The notes under the pieces were generated by a model, which was not told where the DNA came from, searched no databases, and was given only the letters and a program-made list of their open reading frames with translations. A program made the translations under genes and the position numbers. Shown here piece by piece: positions 45,660 through 57,185 of a stretch of DNA of 64,000 bases (the stretch's first letter is position 1; every line of letters starts with the position of its first letter). The DNA lies in the NCBI GenBank assembly GCA_964016885.1, contig OZ024745.1:118668001-118732000 (forward strand), read 5' to 3'. Source of the stretch: Eledone cirrhosa (taxonomy: Eukaryota).

Positions 45660-45972
45660 TAAGTCAGAAAATAGCACAGCTCCCATGACTTTTGGAAACA
45701 TTTTTTCACGCTGAGAGTTGCTGAAGCATGGAACAAACTACCTGCATCAGTTGTTAGATGTCGAGACACTGCATCCTTTAAAACCTCCATGCTTCCTGAG
45801 ATTCGCCAACACTACACCTAATATTCCTCCTCCATATACACGCACACATATATATCATGACTCATACACTATTCACTTCCCTGACATTTGTACATTATTC
45901 TATGTACTATACATGCACCTTTGATGAGTTGTAGTGCACCTGAGCACTGTACACAATAATTTCATTATTATA
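45660..45972 (+). mobile_element. CR1/L2-clade LINE 3' end
   Basis: Translates HSSHDFWKHFFTLRVAEAWNKLPASVVRCRDTASFKTSM, carrying the FF..RV...WN.LP..VV...SFK motif. It ends in an (ATT)n-like tail. Confidence 0.85.
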
Positions 45973-46034
45973 TCAAATGTTCCCCAGTACATGCTGTAAT
46001 GTGGTAGTGCTGGAGTCACTATAAAATGCTCCCT

Positions 46035-46115
<81 letters not shown>

Positions 46116-46699
46116 TTACATAACTCAAAGAATCATTTTGGCAGTCCATAATAGTTTACATATTTGATACATTCAATAATATGTCTACACATTTGAAAGC
46201 ATGCAGCAAATATCTGATGTATGCAATATGGTTTTGTAAATGCCTTATTTGTTTGCAAGTGTGACTGACATGGGGCAATGTGCTAACTGCAAATGTACTA
46301 GGCCTTTAGTGCACTGTTTGACAGCTGTCACATAATCAATGAGATTAATGTTGATGCTGACAGGAAAAGATTAGCAGATTCTGCATCTCAATAGCTTCAA
46401 ATCTGATTGGGTTAGCAAACTAGCTTTAGTAAAAAACAAAATATAAAAACATAAAAAAACGCCAATTATGCAATGAAAATATTTAGCTAATCAACTTGAA
46501 TTGTGAAAAAAAATTTCAATGATCTTTGAAATAGATTATCAGTTATATGTGGGGAATAGACGCACACTATGTTTCGACATATTAATGAAGTAGATTTGCC
46601 TTGTCCTTTGAACAACACCTCTCTGTGAATTATATATTTCTAAACCTGGTATACACCTTTTGTTATATAAAATGTTCTGTCAAGTTACATAGTAAAAAT

Positions 46700-46935
46700 T
46701 ACAGCCATATGGTTAGAATATCTCAGGAAAAATCTCTGGGGAGATTTTACAGACAAAGCCAACCAACAGGAGACCCAGGTGCAGACCCCATGCAAGATGT
46801 TTGGATAACATCCATGAGCTCGGCTGGTCTCGTTTGAGGATCCGGCCTGATCAATTGGAGATGGTTGCTTTTGACAAGACCCACTGAAATGCATGATTCA
46901 GGACTCTGCCCCACAACCATTCCAGGCATAAGTGA
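46700..46935 (+). mobile_element. Decayed RTE-type LINE 3' fragment
   Basis: RRPRCRPHARCLDNIHELGWSRLRIRPDQLEMVA-like remnant; homologous to 1110-1350. Confidence 0.6.
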
Positions 46936-49360
46936 GCAAAGAAAATGTCCAATCTCTTTTTTTTAACTTTGGAAATTTCAGTTCTTTGAAGAATATCCAA
47001 AATTCGTCTTGGATATATGCCTCTTACACTTGGTTTTCAAGCCACTCAATGAATATTTCAAGACATATTTTACAAGTTCTTTAGAAACAAGAGAATTATA
47101 CATCCACAAGGTATTTCTCATTCAACCTAGCATCAATATTCACACAAAACAAATACACACACTGCATTACATTATTTGCCTTTCATCCTTACAGGGTCAA
47201 TAAAATAAAGTACCAGTAATGTACTGGGTAATTGCTGGTCTTGTGCCAAAAGTAGAAAATTATTTTTATTGTAATTAATATTTGATTTATTGTGTATATT
47301 AAGTTTTCTATATAGTAATGTTAAGTTGACCTTATGCAGTTTGGGGAGGGGGAAAGCTGATTACATTGACTCCAGTATGTAACTGGTACTTTATTTTATC
47401 GACGCCAGAAAGATGAAAAACAGAACAAAATTTATCTGGCACACTAATAGTTCTGCCAATATGAGTTGTTTTCCAAGCCTTCTCATTTGCTCACATTCAA
47501 GTTCTTCTCTTGTACATCTAGTACATATGTAAAGTAAAGTTCATATTTTACTCCGATTAGAAAACTCACAAGCTTGAAAATGCTGATAAATTTTACAATA
47601 AACCAAATTTAGTTTGTGATCTAGGATCAAATATTTGATTTAGTCACCTCCCTCTTTATCCTTCATACTTCCATTTCCCATCTATATTTGAACAGCTTTG
47701 ATTGGTTGAGATTGTCATCACTTCACCTACAATGTGCTTTTCATATTCTTATGCATTTCCCAAATTTGGTATAGGAAATGGGGCCTTGGTAGTAAACTTA
47801 ATCCATTTCTTGCTTTAACACATCTAACCAATACCTGAGTACCTTTGGTAGTAAAGTCCACTCGTTTGCAAGTATTTGGGCTTGGGCTCAGGCTGAGGTT
47901 AACATCCTCCCACAAATCTTGGAGGCCCAGAAAATGTTGCAGACATTATCATTTCCTCTCTATGTCACAAGAAAAAATACCATGCAAAAAAAAAAAACCA
48001 TTCTGAAAATGAGATCAGAAGTAGTGAGATAATAATTGAATAAGATTTGAAGTTAATATGATGTAGTTAATGTAATGAATTTTGTTATTCTTATCGCAAT
48101 GCAGTAAGTAGATTATTGGTAATGGGGGATAAGAAGGGCAGGGAAACGGTTTGACAATGATGAGAGGAGTATACTGCACAATATAAAAGTTGATTCAGTC
48201 TTTGTCTGAGTGATAAGTGAATCATGTTGAAGTGGATTTAAGTATCTCTCTCTCTCACCTACAAATGCTATAACTCTATTCTCAACCAGTTTCAAGCTTT
48301 TATTTTATTTTATTCTACATGAATCTGCTATGTTCATATTTTCTTCCTGCTTTCTGTTCTTGTTATCTAAAGATGATAATCCTCACAGATCAGAGAATTT
48401 AAAAATGAAACATACAAAGTGCTGCATTGCAAATTTTGTCCAAGGAGAACTGGATGGTAAGATGGTAATGATTATAAAGTATGAACAGCCAGCAGGAATA
48501 AAATAGTGTTGTATACCTGACTAACACTGCTGTGTCTATAGTCAAGCCATTTTACTCCCACTGACTCAGCCCACCTAGCTGTAAATAGGGACAATGTTCA
48601 GTAAGGTGCAACACAACACAACACACCCCTGTAAGCAATATAGCACTGTTTCATTAGCTAGTAATGCTGAGTTCAAATACTCCTATAAGCTATTGAAAAT
48701 GTAAGTGAAAATGTGCTCCAGGGTTCTGTCAAAAATCCAAGTCTGCAATCATTTCAGTTTTTTTTTTATGTAGAGGAACCTAGATCCTGGTTCTTATTAT
48801 TTGCTCCATATGATTTAAACTGTTGATCTTTTCCTAAGATCCTCAACATTAATCTGAAATACACTATTCCACACTAAAGAACTCCTCACAGGCACACAGA
48901 CAGACAGACTGATAGATAAATAAACCCCGGGTGTATAGTTATTTGGTGACAAAAGAATCCCTAACAAAGGAGGGGTATGAAAAAAAGTATGGGCAAAGTT
49001 GCTAGAGAGTCATCATTTTTTTATTTCATCTACATGGATTAGCTAAATGTCACATAACCTGATAAGCTAGGGCCTTTACTTTATAAGAGAGCTAGTAAGA
49101 GAAAAAAGGTTGGGAGAGTTCTTCAGCTACGTCAAAGGCATGACAACATTTCTTAGTGTTGGTGCCATGATAAATTGTACCCATTACACCATGTAGAGTG
49201 TGAGAATGTATGTAAGTGAAATATGGTCACTCGTTCTGCCTGAGAGGCCAGTAGTGCAGATTAAGTGTTGATGTAGTCTGTGATGTCCATTTTCTCTGCT
49301 AACAAAGGTTTGACTGGTCGTCAAATGATGATGATATATATGTAATATATGTATTCATGT

Positions 49361-49545
49361 CAGGTCGCTCTTCAGCTTTACTGGTAACATGTAACCTAAT
49401 ACAACCTGTGTATGGTTGGGTCGTCGCCGACTAAACCGGCAACCCAACCAAGCTTACTTGGTGAGGAGGGTGATTTTGGACACCCTGCAGGATGAAAAAC
49501 AAAACCCATCAAAGGAAACTCTCAGGAGAGCCAACAGCCATCCAA
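49361..49545 (+). mobile_element. Unclassified interspersed repeat (possibly LINE 5' UTR or SINE)
   Basis: A second copy lies at 50594-50697 (caggtc...tactggtaacatgtaacc...actaaac...ccaagctt). Confidence 0.5.
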
Positions 49546-50280
49546 TAATTTTTTTTTTTTTTTTGTGGAGCAAGAAACTCCTAGTCTTCATTAAGACATC
49601 TTTCTAGAAGAAGGTTATTCTGATATAAAACCTGCGACATCGTTTGCATCTAATGATGTAGGCCAGTTCTTCTTTTGGGGTAAATGCATTCAAGGTTCAG
49701 AGTGGGATTGGCCCCATACCAAAACCTTTCCTCACTTAAAAAAGCTTTAGGCACAGGCATTGCTTGATGTGTAACATTTTTTGTGATGCATGGTATTGCT
49801 AGCCATAGGCAAGTCCCTAGCAGGACTAAAAAGCCATGTCTGTGATGCTCATGGTTAAATATCAAGTGGTGGCATTACTCTAAAACAAGTTGCAGTCATC
49901 ATATGTAAACATATGTATATGTATGTATGTGTATGTGTATATATATATATGTGTATGTGTATGTGTGTGTGTATATATATATAAGCCAAATGCTACCATT
50001 CCATTATACAGTGATTGGAAACTGATTTTCTCTAATAACCGATTTTTCACTCACTTGTTAATTTGAGTTTGAGATACGTTGGCTGAGGGCATATGGCAGG
50101 AACAGAACTATTTGAATTTGGTCTCCTACCATCTCGTAAATTTCTGAATCAATAGCCAATCGGTTGACATCATTGTGATGACACATAGCGATTTCAGTTA
50201 CTGATGTTTTACTGTGTTGTTAATCAGTCATAGCCGACACGGACTGAAATCGAATTCTGTTGATCGATTGGTTATTGATT

Positions 50281-50370
50281 AGTCTAAACTTGCTGATGAA
50301 GCCACATGCCCCAATTGTGCATTCTATTGCTCCATTAAGTGTGGCCGAAACTCGAGTACAGGTATAGATT
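50281..50370 (+). ncRNA. Type I hammerhead ribozyme motif (intact core), best example in the window
   Basis: Stem I agtctaaacttg/caggtatagatt (11/12); ctgatga at 50293-50299; stem II gccaca/tgtggc; gaaa at 50347-50350; palindromic actcgagt; GUA cut after 50358. Confidence 0.9.
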
Positions 50371-50695
50371 GAAGGTACCCATTTATGTGTGTTGTATTGA
50401 AGGCAATAACTATGTGTCTATTCTGGAATAGAGTACGCTGAGATGCAACTGGAACTAATTATCCCGTGCGAGGGAGACATGGTCTCCCGACCATTCCCGC
50501 ATCGATTGAAACAAAACCGTCTAACCCATGCTAACATGGAAGATGGATGTTAAACGATGATGATGATATATATATATATATTTATATATATGTCAGGTCA
50601 CTCTATCACTACTGGTAACATGTAACCCAGTACAACCTGCCACGTGGCTCGGTCCGCAGCAACTAAACTAGAAATCCCACCAAGCTTTGGGTTGA

Positions 50696-50882
50696 GGCGG
50701 TGGATTGGCAATATCGGTAGAGGGTCGGATGCCATGCTTTGCAGCAGAGAGTTACCTCCCTTTATGATTTGAGTTCAAATCCCGCCGAGGTTAACTTTGC
50801 CTTTCATCCTTACGGGGTCGATAAAATAAAGTACCAGTAATACACTGGGTATTTGCTGGCGTTGTGCCAAAAGTAGAAACAA
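50696..50882 (+). mobile_element. Meta-like tRNA SINE
   Basis: ggattggcaatatcggtagag ... gagttcaaatcccgccgagg ... gcctttcatccttacggggtcgataaaataaagtaccag. Confidence 0.87.
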
Positions 50883-51362
50883 TTATTATCATTAGTTCGT
50901 TATCTTATATAACTGTCAAAGCTCTTTCATCACACATTCTGTGACCTCATCAATGACTATTTGTGTTCCTCTGTGGCTCTTCTTCATTCTGGTCTTATTT
51001 TGTCTACTCCATCTCGTCTTTCTGTGGTACGTTTATCTGTCTGTGTTGTGTATCTTTGTGTGGGTGTATGTCTTGTGGGAACAGGGGAGGGGTGGTGGTA
51101 AACACTGGGTTTGTATCTATTTCTCTGTGCTCCACCCATGGACTTTTCTTCCTTATGTGTCCTATGTCATTAAGTTGTGGAGTGGGGGTTATTGCTGTTA
51201 GAAGCTGTGGGTGGATGTATATACATATGATGTATTGTGTGTATGTGTGTGTGCGTGTGTGTACACATATAACTTAGTAGTTCGACAAAATGAAAAATGC
51301 ATAACGGGTTCGATAAGATCGACTAAATCAAGCATGGTCGCAGTCTAATGAGTAGAACAATA

Positions 51363-51396
<34 letters not shown>

Positions 51397-51904
51397 ATAC
51401 ACGCATATATGTGTTTGTGTGTATATCTATATTTATATGCACATATATACATATACATACATATAACACAAATAAAAGATCAATAAATTTAGGACACTTT
51501 ATCGATTTACTTTGAAGAAAATTTCAAACGAAACAAAAAGATAACGACAAAAACAATCACAAGAGACAGAATCCGCTTAAAAGATGAAAAGAAAAGATCA
51601 AAAACGCTCAATAATGACAAATTGATTTACTTGTAAAATATACATGTCGTTTATGTGTTTAAAAAAATGGAAGTGAACGCCTTCACTGAAAGCACACAAC
51701 TGTGTGTCTGTCTTTGTCTGTGTTTATCTAAATTTCTAACTCATCTATATAAAGATTCGCTTGACTGATATACAAGCACACTCCTTCTCTCAAAAAACAC
51801 ACAGCTACACACACTCACTCCCATCAACACCAAAACTGTTACACATACATACATACATACACAGATATATATAAAAGCCATTGCAATAAATGTGTGTGTG
51901 TGGG

Positions 51905-51967
<63 letters not shown>

Positions 51968-53639
51968 CAATAAATGGAGAGAAGAGATAAACACACATAC
52001 ACACAATATATATATATTGAGAAGAGATAAACACATACACACAATATATATATATATATTGAGAAGAGATAAACACACACACGCGCAATATCTATATATA
52101 TATATATACACATACAAAGATGCACGTGCATGCGCGATTACGCACAAACGAAAAACGCGCGCAGAAGGCGATAAAACTGGCATGTATTAAAACACACAGG
52201 CACAATAAAGTTAGGACGTATACATACAGACGGCTATAAAACTTTAATGTGTTCACAGACACACCATTACCAACACCGATGAAATTAAATGAAGAGCACA
52301 AACATATACATCTATATATATATATACAGAATGTATAGTTACATTTCAAAAACACACACAAAAAGATAAAAACTTACGCACATAATCGAATGCAAAAATA
52401 TGCACAGGCAAGCATACATACAGACGTTTGTAGAAATATTAAGAGGTCATATCCCTAAAGTTATTATTCAACATCTGGATAATAAGCAAGAGTTATAGGC
52501 GAGGAGGGAGATACAGGAAAGAGAGATATGAGCTAAAAGAAAAAGAGGTTACGAGAGGGGGGGGGGACATGCTCTTAGGTGTTTAAAAACAAACAAGGGA
52601 GATAACTTCAATGATATCAGTTGATTGAAACTTTTTAAAGATATCTACAAATATCACAGTGGATGCGGTCTTTCACATAACTGGTGCAAAGAATGGATGT
52701 TTCACTGCAAATTAGCAATTTGTATAGAAACAGAGAAAGCAGCGACGCTAATTATAAACACCACTAATATGGCTTGAGGAATATACCTCACGGGAGCCTT
52801 CTACGTGGGCCCTAAACTCCTTATTGAATCATAGGGACGGCATAGTATATATATATATATATATATATATATACGGCGTATCGTGGACAATTAAACCTGA
52901 CGGAGACCGACCCTCTCTCTGTGTCACAACAGCCGAAGAAAATGAGGAAGAAATATAGGAAGAATCGGCCGCAGTTGAATGATTAGAACATCAGATAAAA
53001 TGTTTTGCTGTATTCGATCCAGATCTCTGCGCTCTCAGTTCAAATTCCACCGAGGTCAAATTTATCTCTCGTTCTTTCGAAATCGATAAAAGAAACCTAC
53101 CAGTCCAGTACTGGGGTCGATTATTTCTCTCTCTGGAAGAAATCGGCTGTTTTCAAACCAAGGCAAAAGATAAGTACCACCAAGTTCAAAGTGCCCAAGA
53201 TACAACGTGCGACACAACGGAGCCCCAACGATTCCATCATTGGTTAAAAATCTATGATATACAATATAGTTGATTAGATCGACGCCACAGATTTGATCTG
53301 CATCTATGTTATTGACTAATGTCGAACTTCTGAAGATTTTTAATCAATGTGAAACCGCATTACTAAGATGTAGAAAACAGCACTATGATTACGTAAGTTT
53401 CTACAATGCTCTGTCCATCAATAAAGATACTATAAAGATAATAAAAACCCGTTTTTAGATATTTTCTGCTAGATCATTCATTATAGGATGTTGGGAGTTG
53501 TCTGGTGCTATACAGCATCTTAAGTCTTCAAAAGAAAAAAAAAATGTGTAGAGTCATGTGTGAAGCCATTGGTGCCATGCCTTAAATTTTGCATTTTGGC
53601 AGTTACCCGTCTACCGAGGACAAGGTTTGTCCTTTAACC

Positions 53640-53922
53640 CAGTGGTCTCCAACCTTTTTTAGACCTCGGACCGGCTTCATGCCGGACAATCTTTCTACGG
53701 ACTGGTGATTGCACATATATGTTATTTAAGTGCATTTTGATAAAGAGAGAAATAAAAAAAAAAAAAGAGATTTATTAAAGGGAAGAAAAAGTGTATAATC
53801 TTTTGACTCTCATTTAAATCTTTTTAAATTGAAGTTCAATATTCAATTTATCTATTATATAATGTTAAACTAGTTAATTATTTCTTTGCAGCACAGTAGC
53901 AAATGATCCGGTACCGGTGGTT
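53640..53922. mobile_element. Truncated hAT(Charlie)-like MITE
   Basis: It starts cagtggtctccaacctttttt; the right TIR is not recognisable. Confidence 0.45.
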
Positions 53923-54030
53923 TAACCTTTTCTTACCATATTTCTTATAAAATACAATTCTTGTGTTTAATATGGAGTTTATTTTATATATATATATAAA
54001 ATCAAGAATTTGGAGGGATTTAGTATTATA

Positions 54031-54460
54031 ATTAACTGTTTCTACTTTAGGCACAAGGCCAGCAAATACCCAGTGCATTACTGGTACTTTATTTTATCGA
54101 CCCCGTAAGGATGAAAGGCAAAGTCAACCTCGGCGGGATTTTAACTCAGATCGTAAAGGGACGTAACTATGCTGGAAAGCATGGCGTCCAAACTTAATAA
54201 TGGTTTCTGATTTAGGCACAAGGCCAACAATTTTGGGAGAGGGGAAAGTCTCCCAAAATTGTTGGCCTTGTGCCTAAATCAGAAACCATTATTAAGTTTG
54301 GACGCCATGCTTTCCAGCATAGTTACGTCCCTTTACGATCTGAGTTCAAATCCCGCCGAGGTTGACTTTGCCTTTCATCCTTACGGGGTCGATAAAATAA
54401 AGTACCAGTAATGCACTGGGTAATTGCTGGTCTTGTGCCTAAAAGTAGAAACAATTATTA
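54031..54460. repeat. Near-perfect foldback made of Meta-like SINE sequence
   Basis: Arms at 54031-54240 and 54249-54460, with an 8-nt spacer ggggaaag. Confidence 0.92.
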
Positions 54461-54613
54461 AGTTGGAACACGACTTAAATATTATGATAGAAGATAATAT
54501 AACTAATCGCTTTAAAACAAACAGCATAGTATAGTAGAACCAGGAGCGGATTGGTGCCACTAAGACAATCTCCACAATCTAATGGCGCCTGTGTGCCTAT
54601 AATGTGTGTGTGT

Positions 54614-54661
<48 letters not shown>

Positions 54662-54799
54662 GGAGGTGAGTTTTATTGTAGTACAATGCAGATATCGGAT
54701 AAGAAGCACTCTACAGTTTGTAGGACTGGAGTATACATAATATATAAGAACAAAAGATGGTTAAAGGAGTTCCATGTATTTTATTATGCGCATTTCAAA

Positions 54800-54868
<69 letters not shown>

Positions 54869-55228
54869 ATAAAACAAGGATATTCAAGACGAGTTTACAG
54901 CAGAAGTATGTAATGTAGAAATATATCTGAGTAAAACATGAAATTGATTCATACCTTAAGTTCACACGGCATGTCGATTTTCACACAAAATTGCAAAATT
55001 CCTATTCTATTTGATTCACACATGAATCAAGTACAATAGGAATATTGCAATTTTGCTTTCAAAAGTTCACTTCCACTCTTAACACTCTCATTCTTTTTTT
55101 TTTAATTCGACTGAATTAATGTCACATGATTGAGATTACCTCAGTCAATTATTTCCAACATACGACACTGGTTATATCAACTCTTTTAGAGGCAGTGATT
55201 GTCATTGAAAAATTAATGATCTTAAATA

Positions 55229-55602
55229 TTTGGCATAAGGCCAGCAATTACCCTAGTGCATTATTGGTGCTTTATTTTATCGCCCCCGTAAGAATGAAAA
55301 GCAAAGTTAACCTCGGAGGGATTTGAACTCAGACCATAATGGGCCATAACTATGCTACAAAGCATGGTGTCTGACGCTCTACCGATACTGCCAATCCACT
55401 GCCTTAGATCCAAAATTAATTGTTTCTACTTTAGGCACAAGGCCAGCAACTACCCAGTGCCTCACTGGTACTTTATTTTATCGACCCCGTAAGGATGAAA
55501 GGCAAAGTCAACCTCGGCGGGATTTGAACTCAGATCGTAAAGGGACGTAACTATGCTAGAAAGCATGGCGTCCGACCCTCTACCGATACTGCCAATCCAC
55601 CA
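55229..55602 (-). mobile_element. Two tandem Meta-like SINEs
   Basis: 55229-55405 and 55420-55602. Confidence 0.85.
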
Positions 55603-56023
55603 ATGATCTTAAAACATATTTATTAAATATATGAAATAATTTCAATCAACTTTCAACGAAGTTCTTGGCATAGTAGATGGCTCGTTTTACCGATGTATTA
55701 GGTGATGACCGCGATGGTGCTTGGTTATTGCAGCGCCTTAGTCACGCTATCATCCGCGGAGATGTTGCAAAGTAGTTGGTTTGCCTCAAACATTATTAAA
55801 GGGGAAACTCTAGTGCCCCTTGTGGCGTGTGGTTCAGCGTGTAGGTTTTCTCTCGACCTTTTTTCTGCTTTTATTATTTCCTCCCTCGAAGGGCTGTGGA
55901 TTGGCAGTATTGGTAGTATTTTTTTTTTAACCTAGACCATCCCTGATTAAGCCAACCGTGACCATCACGTCTTATCGTATATCTTAGATTGCCTTATATA
56001 ATTTGTCCTTGCTTTTTAAGATA

Positions 56024-56180
56024 CAGGTAAAATTCCGTTATAACGAATACCATTATAACGAATTTTTCAATACAACGAAATCTTTTTCAATCCCCGGCCG
56101 CACACTTGATGTGTTAAGTCGATCTCATTATAACGAATTTTTTTATACCTCGTGAATTTTGTTATAACGAAATTTCACTG
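56024..56180. mobile_element. pogo/Tigger-like MITE
   Basis: ta-caggtaaaattccgttataacgaa ... ttgttataacgaaatttcactg-ta, with internal ttataacgaa subrepeats. Confidence 0.75.
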
Positions 56181-56751
56181 TAATAATTATTTGAGGGAGA
56201 CTTGACTGCTATTTCTAACAGATCAAGCGACCACGTAAGAGTTTCCTCGTGGACTTGAAGACGAGTTGAAGGATGAAGTGATTGTTTTTATCCCCCGCAG
56301 TGATAAAACAACACTGACTAGAAAACAATAAAGAGAAATATTGAGTTGAAGGAAGGGGTGATAGAGTTTACACATTTTCTTTCGTAAGGAGCAATGGAAG
56401 TGAGAGTATATGGGTAAAAGGGAAGGTGGAAGGCTTTGTTTATTATTTATGTTTGTTCGTCTGCTGCTTATATTATCATGTCTAGTCAGCTTGCCTCATC
56501 GCTATCAAGTGTAATTTTGTCGGTCGGTCTGATTCAATCATTAAGCCGGGCCACTCCATAACGTGATGGTAACAAGATCACGTTTTTATTCCAACTCATT
56601 GATTAGATAAGTAACTAGCTGGCTGCTTTTAAACACATACCAACATTCGAACCAATAAGAGGACCTCTATATAGTTGCTTGGCCTGTTAGAAATAACAGC
56701 CACATATCCCTCAAATCACACTCTACTCCTAAAAAAGGGACACATTGTATC

Positions 56752-56786
<35 letters not shown>

Positions 56787-56787
<1 letters not shown>

Positions 56788-57130
56788 GAGGTTATATTTA
56801 ATTTGTTGGGATTCAACAAGCTTAACATTTTTTTATAACTGATATAAAGCACTGAACAAGTTAGTGGAGTAAATAATATCTTTTCAACTTTTTGGACACT
56901 CATATGAGTGAGTATCACTCATAACTTTGTATTACCCTCAATAAAATATTATCTCCACTATCCAGGAAGCTCCAACCGTTAAGGTTGTTTTTTTTTTCCG
57001 GGTATGTCACTATTTATTTATAAAACAAATCTGTATTTTATCTGATGAAAGGGCACCATAATTTGCCTTGGTTGCCCTTAAAATATATATAATAAAATAA
57101 ATATGGTTTTATAAATATAGTTTCCATTTA
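56787..57130. mobile_element. Second copy of the 2017-2390 hammerhead element family, with an internal inversion
   Basis: 56787-56880 is the reverse complement of ~2300-2390, and 56965-57120 matches ~2148-2305 directly. Flanked by (TA)n. Confidence 0.75.
57034..57099 (+). ncRNA. Hammerhead motif with a single core mutation (GAAA to AAAA)
   Basis: tattttat-ctgatga (57042-57048)-aagggcacca/tggttgccctt-aaaa-tatata-ta|ataaaata. Confidence 0.7.

Positions 57131-57185
<55 letters not shown>

Noticed and set aside
47727-47915. 62-aa ORF in unique sequence as a host exon
   Set aside because: It has no recognisable domain, no convincing splice-site pair and no partner exons.
53325-53370. ctgaaga...gaaac as a hammerhead
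   Set aside because: There is no stem II or stem III pairing, and it looks like a decayed SINE head.
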